Virus record (IMG/VR): IMGVR_UViG_3300050119_000052
Span: 1-53,894 of that record
Length of the DNA stretch: 53,894 bases
Direction: 5' to 3' (one strand)
Source of the DNA: a virus
Taxonomy: Duplodnaviria > Caudoviricetes
Positions 20,375-27,843 of the stretch are shown here, in pieces. Numbering within the stretch: position 1 is the first letter of the stretch; each line of letters starts with the position of its first letter. The notes below the pieces were generated by a model. The model worked only from the letters and a program-made list of their open reading frames with translations. It did no database searches and was not told the DNA's origin. Position numbers and translations under genes: made by a program.

Positions 20375-21265
20375 TCAAGCGACGAGGTGCAGGTTACGAG
20401 GCACCGGCAGACTGCGAATCGCGGCAACCCGTTGATCGAGTCCGATCTCGGTGTACATGACAGTGCTCGCGATATTGGTGTGCCGCATCAGTCGTTGGAC
20501 CAGAGCGACATTACCGGTCGATTCGAGCAATTCCGTTCCAAAGGTATGACGAAGGGAATGGGGGGTCAGCGGTCGACCAAGGCCGGCGCGGCGCATCACC
20601 ATGCTGAGGATGTGACTGGCGCTGTTCGCGAGGATCGCTTCATCGGGATTCTGATAACTGGGGAACCAGAATCCTTCGGACGGCATCCACGCGGCGACCT
20701 CGGCGACGAGCGGATGGAGTGGCACCTCGTCGTAAGTGCCACCCTTTCCGACGACACCGATCATTTCGCCCTTGATGTCCTCGCCGCGGAACTTCGCGAT
20801 CTCCATGACCCGGAAACCCTGATAGGCGCCGAGCAGGATCATCGGCAGTGTGCGCGGGTGAACTCGGGCCGCTAGGAGCTCGTTCAGCTGACAGCGCGTG
20901 AGAGGTCGTGGTTTGCGGCGAATCGGTTTGCCTCGGTGGAGCTGGAGCATCGGATCGTCGGCGCGCAAGCCGGTCTGATTGAGCCAGTTGAACCAGCTCC
21001 GCAGGTTCGAGCGATAGTTCTGCTGGGTGCCGGGTGAAAGGGGCGCCAAGAAGCCTGTGACGTCCCGCCAGTCGGCCGTCAATGGGTCGATGCCCATGCG
21101 CCTCTCGAAGAGACCGACCGTCTCGATGCGTCCTCGGATGGTTTTGGGCGCGAGACCACCGGCCTGCATCCATGTTTCCCAAGCGTGAAGTTTGTCCCCG
21201 ATCACCGATGCATCATGGTCCGTCGACTCAGCGTAAACAAGCCTTAACTTCGAGTTGAACTTCAT
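20375..21265 (-). CDS. int: tyrosine integrase lacking an obvious N-terminal arm-binding domain
   Basis: GFRVMEI (R), GKGG (K), HSLRH, MRHTNIASTVMY (H, Y); C-terminus LHLVA; exact start uncertain. Confidence 0.92.
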   Translation of the reverse strand: MKFNSKLRLVYAESTDHDASVIGDKLHAWETWMQAGGLAPKTIRGRIETVGLFERRMGIDPLTADWRDVTGFLAPLSPGTQQNYRSNLRSWFNWLNQTGLRADDPMLQLHRGKPIRRKPRPLTRCQLNELLAARVHPRTLPMILLGAYQGFRVMEIAKFRGEDIKGEMIGVVGKGGTYDEVPLHPLVAEVAAWMPSEGFWFPSYQNPDEAILANSASHILSMVMRRAGLGRPLTPHSLRHTFGTELLESTGNVALVQRLMRHTNIASTVMYTEIGLDQRVAAIRSLPVPRNLHLVA

Positions 21266-21673
21266 CTAGGATGCCACCTCAATCGATGTCCGCTTTGTAC
21301 GCCATTCCCTCAGGTCGACCACAGAACCATTCGCTAGGTAATCGAAGGGTTGCTGGTTCGAGTCCAGCCGGGGGAGCACACCCGTCGAGTCGGGCGGCGG
21401 CGTGGTGCCATTGGGGCGTGAGGTCATGAAGCGCCAGATCGGAATCTGGAGCAGCCTGGCGAGACGGTCCAGGTCGTCTACGTCGAGCGCCTGGTCAGCC
21501 GTGCTGATGCGCCGACTCCAATAGGACTGCGAGTTGCCGAGCAGCTTCGGCAATCTGTTGATCGTGATCTTTGCTTTTGCGAGTTCCGAGCGCACTTCGG
21601 TGGCAACGCGCCCGCGGGCGCTCGACCGATCGGGCATCGGAACGACGTTGCTCATACCATCATTGTTCGTCAT
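21266..21673 (-). CDS. immunity repressor (HTH) containing attP in its 3' part
   Basis: HTH-like segment GNSQSYWSRRIS...LDVDDLDRLARLLQIP; divergent from cro; leaderless start at 21673. Confidence 0.85.
   Translation of the reverse strand: MTNNDGMSNVVPMPDRSSARGRVATEVRSELAKAKITINRLPKLLGNSQSYWSRRISTADQALDVDDLDRLARLLQIPIWRFMTSRPNGTTPPPDSTGVLPRLDSNQQPFDYLANGSVVDLREWRTKRTSIEVAS
21339..21376 (+). other. attP: attP core = 3' half of a tRNA (probably Asn-GTT)
   Basis: TAATCGAAGGGTT-GCTGG-TTCGAGT-CCAGC-CGGGGGA-G: anticodon 3' strand, T-arm, acceptor strand, G discriminator; no 5' half. Confidence 0.85.
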
Positions 21674-21679
21674 GCGGTC

Positions 21680-21708
21680 AATATAGCCCCTCACCGGATA
21701 CTTGCCAA
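21680..21708 (-). promoter_or_regulatory. repressor promoter (leaderless)
   Basis: TTGGCA-17-TATATT, 6 nt before ATG. Confidence 0.8.
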
Positions 21709-21715
21709 GGAAGGT

Positions 21716-21726
21716 GATTGACAATC
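21716..21726. promoter_or_regulatory. palindromic operator GATTGACAATC
   Basis: Lies between the divergent promoters; identical 11-mer at 38769-38779. Confidence 0.55.
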
Positions 21727-21758
21727 TCCTGTCCATGGGGATGTTAGTCGCTCAAGGG

Positions 21759-21787
21759 TTGACACAAGCCCATCATGCGGCTAACTT
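21759..21787 (+). promoter_or_regulatory. early lytic (cro) promoter, leaderless
   Basis: TTGACA-17-TAACTT, 6 nt before ATG 21794. Confidence 0.85.
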
Positions 21788-21793
21788 GACCAC

Positions 21794-22027
21794 ATGGCAA
21801 CCAACACCACCGCTGCGCGGGTAGCTGGGAAGGTCCGAGCCGCTCTCGCAGAAGCGCGGGTATCGCGCCAGTCCATCGCCGACGCGCTTGGAATCTCACT
21901 CTCGGCCATCACCCGGCGCCTCAACGCTGAGATCCCATTCGATGTGGCCGAGCTGGACAAGATCGCCGAGCGCCTCGACCTTCCGATGAATGCGCTGATC
22001 GTGACGCCAGATCAGGTGGCGTCGTGA
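21794..22027 (+). CDS. cro: Cro-like HTH protein
   Basis: SRQSIADALGISLSAITRRLNAEIPFDVAELDKIA, an XRE-type HTH. Confidence 0.85.
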   Translation: MATNTTAARVAGKVRAALAEARVSRQSIADALGISLSAITRRLNAEIPFDVAELDKIAERLDLPMNALIVTPDQVAS

Positions 22028-22141
22028 TCCGAGTCTGGCTGAGTTGGTGCTGGCTTTGGTCGGGTTCTGTGTGGCGTACGTGGTGACCCGGCGGGTCCTA
22101 GCCCGTCTACGAACGGATCAGCGATGACCGCAACTAAGACT

Positions 22142-22260
22142 CCCCACCACGCCAAGACGGCGACGTCACCCAGAGGTCCAGCGCGTGGTGGGGCCAAAAC
22201 TTCCAGCTTCCCCGGCAGCCAACCGGAACACGACACCCAACGGCGACTCGCTGCCGGGGA
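22142..22260 (+). ncRNA. TIGR-like stem-loop array, block 1 (units 1-2)
   Basis: Spacer pairs AGACGGCGA/GAGGTCCAG and ACCGGAACA/ACGGCGACT, each in stem-CCA-N9-CG(T/A)CACCCA-N9-CG-stem. Confidence 0.85.
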
Positions 22261-22282
22261 CCACTACTCAGCGGGGGAACAC

Positions 22283-22756
22283 ATGACCGGATTCAAAGAA
22301 ATCGTAGGCGACGTGCTGGAACACAGCGCCCGCAACGACCCCAACGAACTCGCAGAAGAGATCATGGGTCGGCTCACCCTGCCGCAGATCCGTGAAGGGC
22401 TAGCGCTCGCCCTCCCGGAGTACGTCCGACACGCGTTCCATCGCATCACCTACACCCCCGACCCTGACCCGTCTCGGCGAGTCAGGCAGGCGGCGGGGGC
22501 GTGGGATCGGCACAAGCAGCTCCTCGCTGTCCGCAAGCTGGGGTTGGAGGACTGGAAGCCGTTCGGGGAGTTCACCGCTGCGGATTGCACTGCGGCGGCG
22601 GAGTTGCGGCGGTTGAAGGCGTCGGAGTCGACGGCGCGAGCGGTCAAGTTCGACGCGACGGCTGAGGCTGTTGTGGCTGCGGGTGTCGCGTGTGTCGCGG
22701 ACCTGCCTGCTGATGTGCTTCTCGGTTTGTGGGGTAGCCATGACCTCGGCGAATAA
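22283..22756 (+). CDS. hypothetical 157-aa protein embedded in the array (candidate Tas partner)
   Basis: RBS GGGGGAACAC-ATG nearly identical to that of the tas gene; flanked by array blocks on both sides. Confidence 0.75.
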   Translation: MTGFKEIVGDVLEHSARNDPNELAEEIMGRLTLPQIREGLALALPEYVRHAFHRITYTPDPDPSRRVRQAAGAWDRHKQLLAVRKLGLEDWKPFGEFTAADCTAAAELRRLKASESTARAVKFDATAEAVVAAGVACVADLPADVLLGLWGSHDLGE

Positions 22757-22760
22757 GACC

Positions 22761-23050
22761 TCCCCGGCAGCCAGACCGCCTACGTCACCCACAAGGGCAC
22801 CGCTGCCGGGGACCCAAACCACCGCCACGCCACGCTGGTCGCGTCACCCACATCTGGTTCGCGTGGCGGTCCTATTCGACCCCGGCAGCCAAAGCCGCGC
22901 CGTCACCCATGTCGTGGGCGCTGCCGGGGTCCATATTCCCCCACCACGCCAGAGGTCGACCGTCACCCAACGCCCACACGCGTGGTGGGTTCACACGTCC
23001 CCGGCAGCCAGCCCGCAGCCGTCACCCAGACGAGGCACGCTGCCGGGGAC
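22761..23050 (+). ncRNA. TIGR-like stem-loop array, block 2 (units 3-7)
   Basis: About 59-nt period. Spacers GACCGCCTA/CAAGGGCAC, CGCTGGTCG/CATCTGGTT, AAGCCGCGC/TGTCGTGGG, GAGGTCGAC/ACGCCCACA, GCCCGCAGC/GACGAGGCA; invariant CGTCACCCA loop repeat. Confidence 0.9.
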
Positions 23051-23070
23051 CTCACTCATCGGGGGACCAC

Positions 23071-23805
23071 ATGACTGACCTCTACGACCCACTCCTCGGC
23101 AACCTCGCCGCCACAGTCGACGACCTCGAGATGGTTCGGAAAGCCGCCGAGAACCGTCTACGGCAGTTGACTAGGACCGGCGTCGACAAAGACGGCACCT
23201 CACGCGGCTTCGGACTACCCGAAGACCACCTATCCGTCCAAGCGGCCACAGTCATCGTCGACGGACTCAAGCGAGTCGAACACCAAGCGATCCTGCTGTT
23301 ACAGCGCCAACTCCGCACCCACCCACTACACCCGTGGATCAAGGCCCAAAACGGGCTGGGTGAGAAAACCGTCGCCCGACTGCTCGCCGCGATCCAGGAC
23401 CCGTACTGGAACGACCGACACGACCGCCCCCGCACCGTTGGTGAGCTGTTCAAGTTCTGCGGTGTCGCCGGCCCCGGTCAGCGTAAGCGGAAGGGTGAAC
23501 GGGTCACGTGGTCGCCTGAGGCGCGGATGCGATTGCACGTGATCATCGAGCCGATCGTGAAGAATCGGCGGTCGCCCTATCGGGCGGTTTACGACCAGGC
23601 GCGGGTCAAGTACGCGGAGAAGACGCACACGGAGGTGTGTGTGCGGTGCGGCCCGGCGGGTAAGCCTGCGCTGGTTGGGTCGCCGTGGCCGCCGGCTCAT
23701 CAGCATGCGGCCGCGATGCGCCTGGTGAAGCGTGCAGTTCTGCGCGGGCTGTGGGAAGAATCCCGCCGGTTGCATGGTGCCGACGAACTGAAGGTCGCAG
23801 CATGA
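23071..23805 (+). CDS. Nop-domain/IS110 C-terminal-like RNA-binding protein without a nuclease domain (TasA-like)
   Basis: 244 aa; coiled coil (RKAAENRLRQL), then WIKAQNGLGEKTVARLLAAI...TVGELFKFCGVA...RKGERVTWSPEARMRL...YRAVYD...HAAAMRLVKRAVLRGLW. No RuvC/DEDD N-terminus. Flanked by dual-spacer arrays. Confidence 0.82.
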   Translation: MTDLYDPLLGNLAATVDDLEMVRKAAENRLRQLTRTGVDKDGTSRGFGLPEDHLSVQAATVIVDGLKRVEHQAILLLQRQLRTHPLHPWIKAQNGLGEKTVARLLAAIQDPYWNDRHDRPRTVGELFKFCGVAGPGQRKRKGERVTWSPEARMRLHVIIEPIVKNRRSPYRAVYDQARVKYAEKTHTEVCVRCGPAGKPALVGSPWPPAHQHAAAMRLVKRAVLRGLWEESRRLHGADELKVAA

Positions 23806-23816
23806 CCACTCAAACT

Positions 23817-23984
23817 CCCGCCACGCCAGCCATCTGCCGACACCCAGCTCTCTCGCGCGTGGCGGGGCTCAACTACCCCGGCAGCCATGGGCCTGGCGTC
23901 ACCCAAGCGATGACCGCTGCCGGGGTCCTAAACGAATCGTCGCGCCAAGTCCCAGCCGTCACCCATCAGAGGGCCGCCCGTCGG
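23817..23984 (+). ncRNA. TIGR-like stem-loop array, block 3 (units 8-10; last stem degenerate)
   Basis: Spacers GCCATCTGC/GCTCTCTCG, TGGGCCTGG/AGCGATGAC, AGTCCCAGC/TCAGAGGGC. Confidence 0.85.
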
Positions 23985-24007
23985 AGGCTTCCCGTCGGTG
24001 GTGGGTC

Positions 24008-24631
24008 ATGACCAGCACCGAAGAGGCCAGCGGCGATCTGCGACCGTGCCCGCGCTGCAATGGACGGGGGACCGTTCACAGCAAAGAGGTTGTCCACGGC
24101 ACGCTCTACGCGGCCACTCGTCTCCGCTGCCGATGCGATCTCTGCTCTGCTGCTCGCCGGGATTACGACTCAGCTCGATTGGGTCACCGGATCCGGTCTC
24201 GCGCAGAGCAGAAGCAGGCGCGACTCGAGTCGGCCGGAGAGTTCATCACCCTTCACCAGTCAGGCCTGACGATCGCGGAGATAGCGGCCAAGGTGAACCG
24301 GTCGATCAACTTCGTTGCTGGCGCGTTGCATGAAGCGGGATATCAGCCGCGGCGGGGTATTACCGCGACTTTCCTCGAGCACGGAACCCGCGCGTACAAG
24401 GTCCGCACAGGCTGCCGCTGCGATCTGTGCCGCGCTGCCGTCACCCGCGAGAAGAAGGAAGCGCGCCAGCGGCGCCACGAAGCCATGCTCGCTGGCCAAG
24501 TGAACCCGCCGCACGGATCGACCAGCACCTACAGCAACTACACCTGCCGCTGCGATCTGTGCCGCGCTGCGTGGTCGGTCCGTATGCGCGAACAACGCCA
24601 GCGCCGGAAGCCACCGAGAGGCCGGTCATGA
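24008..24631 (+). CDS. zinc-finger (HG..Y..CRC..C x3) + HTH DNA-binding protein
   Basis: Three HG-x-CRCDLC repeats flanking GLTIAEIAAKVNRS. Confidence 0.7.
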   Translation: MTSTEEASGDLRPCPRCNGRGTVHSKEVVHGTLYAATRLRCRCDLCSAARRDYDSARLGHRIRSRAEQKQARLESAGEFITLHQSGLTIAEIAAKVNRSINFVAGALHEAGYQPRRGITATFLEHGTRAYKVRTGCRCDLCRAAVTREKKEARQRRHEAMLAGQVNPPHGSTSTYSNYTCRCDLCRAAWSVRMREQRQRRKPPRGRS

Positions 24632-24936
24632 CAACTACGAGCATCGAACTCATCGCCTGCCCGCAGCCCAAGTAAGTAATCGGCCGCCGTGGGGGCGATC
24701 CCTCGGCGGCCTGCCAGTCCCAAGCCCTCTGAAAGGAATGGACCAGCAATGACCAGCATAGAACAGCCACAGCAGGAAACCCCCCATAGCAGCGAGGGGG
24801 CGTCGCTCGGTGTCGTGGCCCGGGCGACGACCCCTCGTCCAACCCCTGGCAGCCGGTTGCCGTCGTTTCTTGATGAGGGTTGGACGAAGCCCCCGGGCCG
24901 GCGAGGCCCTGGTTGGTTGCGGCGCAGGTGGGCCCG

Positions 24937-25419
24937 ATGAACGACCTCGAAGAGATGCTGAGCGATTTCGCCGATTTGGCGAAGAAGGTCTCCAGCTCGG
25001 ATTACCAATGGGGCATGAATAAGCTGCTCGCGTTTAAGCGGTTGGTGCTGAGCCAATTGCCGTTCGGCGAGGGTGACCGGGTAGCGATCGCGGACAGCTG
25101 GCGCGGGCCAGAGCGGGGTGGTTGGTGGCCTCATCGCGAATGGATGCGACCTGGCCAGACGGGGACGGTTCGGGAGATCGATATCTACCCAGATTCTTTG
25201 CGCCTGCGCGCGGTCACCAAGTTCGATACCGAATGGGAACTCTCCGACTGGCCAGCTGACAACGGGCGTCGGTTCAACAGGTTGTTCGACTATGACGGCG
25301 TCACACCCAGGGATCGCCGGCACGTCTTCCACTTCCAAGTCGAACATCTACGGGCTGCAACCGCCGCTGACAAGCCGTTCGGGTGCCCTGTCGATGCTTC
25401 TTGGGCGGTGTCGTCATGA
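24937..25419 (+). CDS. hypothetical early protein
   Basis: ATGA-coupled chain of early ORFs. Confidence 0.6.
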   Translation: MNDLEEMLSDFADLAKKVSSSDYQWGMNKLLAFKRLVLSQLPFGEGDRVAIADSWRGPERGGWWPHREWMRPGQTGTVREIDIYPDSLRLRAVTKFDTEWELSDWPADNGRRFNRLFDYDGVTPRDRRHVFHFQVEHLRAATAADKPFGCPVDASWAVSS

Positions 25420-25531
25420 CCTATCGCAGGCCCCCGTTGCGTCATGGTCATTGCTCTCACCAGTGGGTGCCGTCGGTGAGTCGGTTCTTCGAGTGGTGCC
25501 TGCGGTGCGCGGCGGAACGACCGGCACAACC

Positions 25532-25729
25532 ATGAGCACCGAAGAGAAGAGCGTCAGCGGCGATTCGTGGATTCTGCGGACGTACAGCTGCCCTGACGAT
25601 CACGCGCCGGCCGTTTACGCCTTCAAGGATCGGGCTGCGGCTGAGGCTTTCGTGCGGACCGATCGGCGTAGTAACCCGACGGACCTGTACGAGCTGACGA
25701 GTCCATATAACGAGGCGTACGACCTATGA
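25532..25729 (+). CDS. hypothetical protein
   Basis: ATGA overlaps at both ends. Confidence 0.5.
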   Translation: MSTEEKSVSGDSWILRTYSCPDDHAPAVYAFKDRAAAEAFVRTDRRSNPTDLYELTSPYNEAYDL

Positions 25730-25911
25730 CGACCGGTCAGTTGTTGTTCCTCGTCCTCGTCGGTGAAGCCGTGGCAGTTTCCCTGCTGGTCCTGGGCGGC
25801 CAGCGTGTCGTCGACTGGTGGCGTTCCCGGGCTTACGTGAAGGCGTTCGACGTGCCGGATTGTGAATGTTCCGCGTGCGTGGTCTGGCGCTGGGAAGAGG
25901 CGCAGCGATGA
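25726..25911 (+). CDS. small membrane protein
   Basis: N-terminal TM, CxC..C motif; coupled. Confidence 0.5.
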   Translation: MTTGQLLFLVLVGEAVAVSLLVLGGQRVVDWWRSRAYVKAFDVPDCECSACVVWRWEEAQR

Positions 25912-26102
25912 GCGGCTATTACGTGATGACGTGGGTCGGCGTCGGCCTGTTCGTGACCGTCGGTTTCGTCCTCGGCGCGATCATCGGCCTGATCCACGAC
26001 TACGACGACGACGGGGCCACGTTCGGGGATGTTCCTGTTGAGGCGCCGGACAGTGAGCGGCTGCTGCCGTTGATCATCGCCCGGGAGAAGGTGACGGTCT
26101 GA
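25908..26102 (+). CDS. small membrane protein
   Basis: One TM; coupled. Confidence 0.5.
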   Translation: MSGYYVMTWVGVGLFVTVGFVLGAIIGLIHDYDDDGATFGDVPVEAPDSERLLPLIIAREKVTV

Positions 26103-26311
26103 TGTACAACCCGAACTTGATGCCGAAGGGGCCGACCGCGGTCGCGGAAGCCCACCTGGCAATGGACTGGTCGCGGGAAAGAATCGCCGACGAGATGGAC
26201 CTGTCGGTGCTGTTCGTCGAGTTGGTGGTGATCCACCGGGACGCTATTCACTACGGCGACCATGAGCTGGTCGCGACGTCTGCTACTGCGATTGCGGCGG
26301 AGCTGCGGAGG

Positions 26312-26521
26312 CTACGACGGCGTCCGCGACGTGCGCCCCGCCGCGCCGATGCCGATTTGGCGGATCCGCTCCCGGTTGTATCCGCTGGCGCGGGCGACGT
26401 CGGCCTGGGGGACGCCCTTCTCGAGAGCCTCGATGATGCCGGCGACGAGGGCGGCTCGGCTTGCTTCGGTGCGTTTGAAGTCGGTCCAGTAGGTGTCGGC
26501 AAGCGCTTTGAGGTCGTCCAC
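26312..26521 (-). CDS. small HTH regulator
   Basis: GVPQADVARASGYNRERIRQI HTH; leaderless GTG after TGC-TATCGT. Confidence 0.75.
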   Translation of the reverse strand: MDDLKALADTYWTDFKRTEASRAALVAGIIEALEKGVPQADVARASGYNRERIRQIGIGAAGRTSRTPS

Positions 26522-26528
26522 GGTGGGG

Positions 26529-26598
26529 ACGATAGCACGGGGCAATGCCCCATGGCTAGGCCACGCCCCTTGACATGCCCCCGGGCAGGGCATACGGT
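26529..26598. promoter_or_regulatory. divergent leaderless promoter pair with GGGCA/TGCCC operators
   Basis: Plus: TTGACA(26570)-17-TACGGT, 6 nt before ATG 26605. Minus: extended -10 TGcTATCGT. Palindrome GGGGCAATGCCCC. Confidence 0.75.
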
Positions 26599-26604
26599 GA
26601 TGGC

Positions 26605-26820
26605 ATGACAACGACAGGCACTACCCACAAGATGGGTCGCGACATCGAGGTCGGCGACGTCGTCGACTACACCCCGGCTGGCTTCCAGATCGCCAGCTTC
26701 ACCGAGTACGACTCGCCGCTGATCCCGACCACCGGACCCGGCCGCATCGCTCACGCCCTGAACGGCAGCGCGATGGCGATCTACGACAACCACCCGATGC
26801 GCGTTCGGACGGCATCATGA
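26605..26820 (+). CDS. hypothetical protein
   Basis: Leaderless start; RDIEVGDVV motif. Confidence 0.6.
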   Translation: MTTTGTTHKMGRDIEVGDVVDYTPAGFQIASFTEYDSPLIPTTGPGRIAHALNGSAMAIYDNHPMRVRTAS

Positions 26821-26977
26821 CCGCCCAGATCTGTACCTGCAACGCCCGCGATTGTGGTCCGGGTGCTGGTCACGAGTCCTACTGCGGCCGAACCGAGGAA
26901 GACGACCAGATCGATGGTCTCGATGAACGTGCCCAGCAGGACGCAGAGAACATGTATGAGCAAAGGTGGGCCGAGCG

Positions 26978-27604
26978 ATGAGCTTCGATCTAGAGCACGC
27001 CGCGATTCTCCGACGAGAGGGCATGAATGGAGCGGCTGATGCTGTAGAGCGGTTGGTGGCTGAGCGGGACTCATTACGGGGCGAGCTGGAATACGCATCA
27101 GCTCGCCTCGCGACTCTTGAGCACCGGATAGCCCGTGCCCGCGACATCGTTCAGCACGCCAACGGCAATTGGCTAGACGACGAGGAGCTTCCGATTCGGC
27201 CGGCGCAGATCCTTGACGAACTTGAGGACGTACCGCCGCCGGATTACGGCATCGTCGATAGCGGCGAAGGCGGGCTGCCCGACCTGCGCCGACCGCGACT
27301 CCTGGACGCGTGCCCGATGAGCGTCCACGCGTACCACGAACAACTGCCGGGCTACCACCCCGACCAGATCTGGCACGACGGCTGCGCCGAGTGCGAGGCG
27401 CGCGGCAGCGTCGTCTACCGCGGCATCGGCCAGCTCGATCATCGCAACTGGGCCCGGGCGTGGCAGCGGGCGATCGACTGGAACTCGAAGCCCGACGACT
27501 TGCACATCAGTCACGCCGAGATGGCGCTCCTCGAAACGCTGTGGGCTGTCTACATCAAGCAGGACGCCGCCGTTCGACTCATCGTGATGGGGATCGAATC
27601 ATGA
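26978..27604 (+). CDS. hypothetical protein (possibly a fusion of two cassettes)
   Basis: Coupled ORF with an internal MSVHAYH start-like segment. Confidence 0.5.
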   Translation: MSFDLEHAAILRREGMNGAADAVERLVAERDSLRGELEYASARLATLEHRIARARDIVQHANGNWLDDEELPIRPAQILDELEDVPPPDYGIVDSGEGGLPDLRRPRLLDACPMSVHAYHEQLPGYHPDQIWHDGCAECEARGSVVYRGIGQLDHRNWARAWQRAIDWNSKPDDLHISHAEMALLETLWAVYIKQDAAVRLIVMGIES

Positions 27605-27843
27605 CCGCCGAAGAAGTACTCGCGAAGCACCTCAACCGAGCCCTGGACCTGGTCCTCGGCGAGTGCCGGTGGTGCGGGTACGCCGAAGACAACTGCATCT
27701 GCAATGGGCTGTGCTTCTACCGGGCCCATTTCCAGGCGCTTCCTTGCCTTGAAGTGAAGGACGACCCGGCCGATGACGGATGCCAGCGCCATTTGCCGGT
27801 GATTGTTCGGGAACGTCTTGAAGACGAGGCGGCCGACCGATGA
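27601..27843 (+). CDS. Cys-rich hypothetical protein
   Basis: ATGA overlaps at both ends. Confidence 0.5.
   Translation: MTAEEVLAKHLNRALDLVLGECRWCGYAEDNCICNGLCFYRAHFQALPCLEVKDDPADDGCQRHLPVIVRERLEDEAADR

Noticed and set aside
21339-21378. Functional tRNA gene
   Set aside because: Only the 3' half is present; interpreted as the attP core.
22120-22131. AGCGATGACCGC identical to unit 9 spacer B plus flank
   Set aside because: No adjacent spacer A match and no loop repeat; chance or an unprovable remnant.
23071-23805. Active IS110 transposon
   Set aside because: No N-terminal RuvC-like DEDD domain and no evident catalytic SG motif; flanked by multi-unit arrays rather than IS ends.
22142-23984. 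CRISPR array
   Set aside because: Variable segments are only 9 nt and come in pairs inside a stem-loop; no cas genes in the window.
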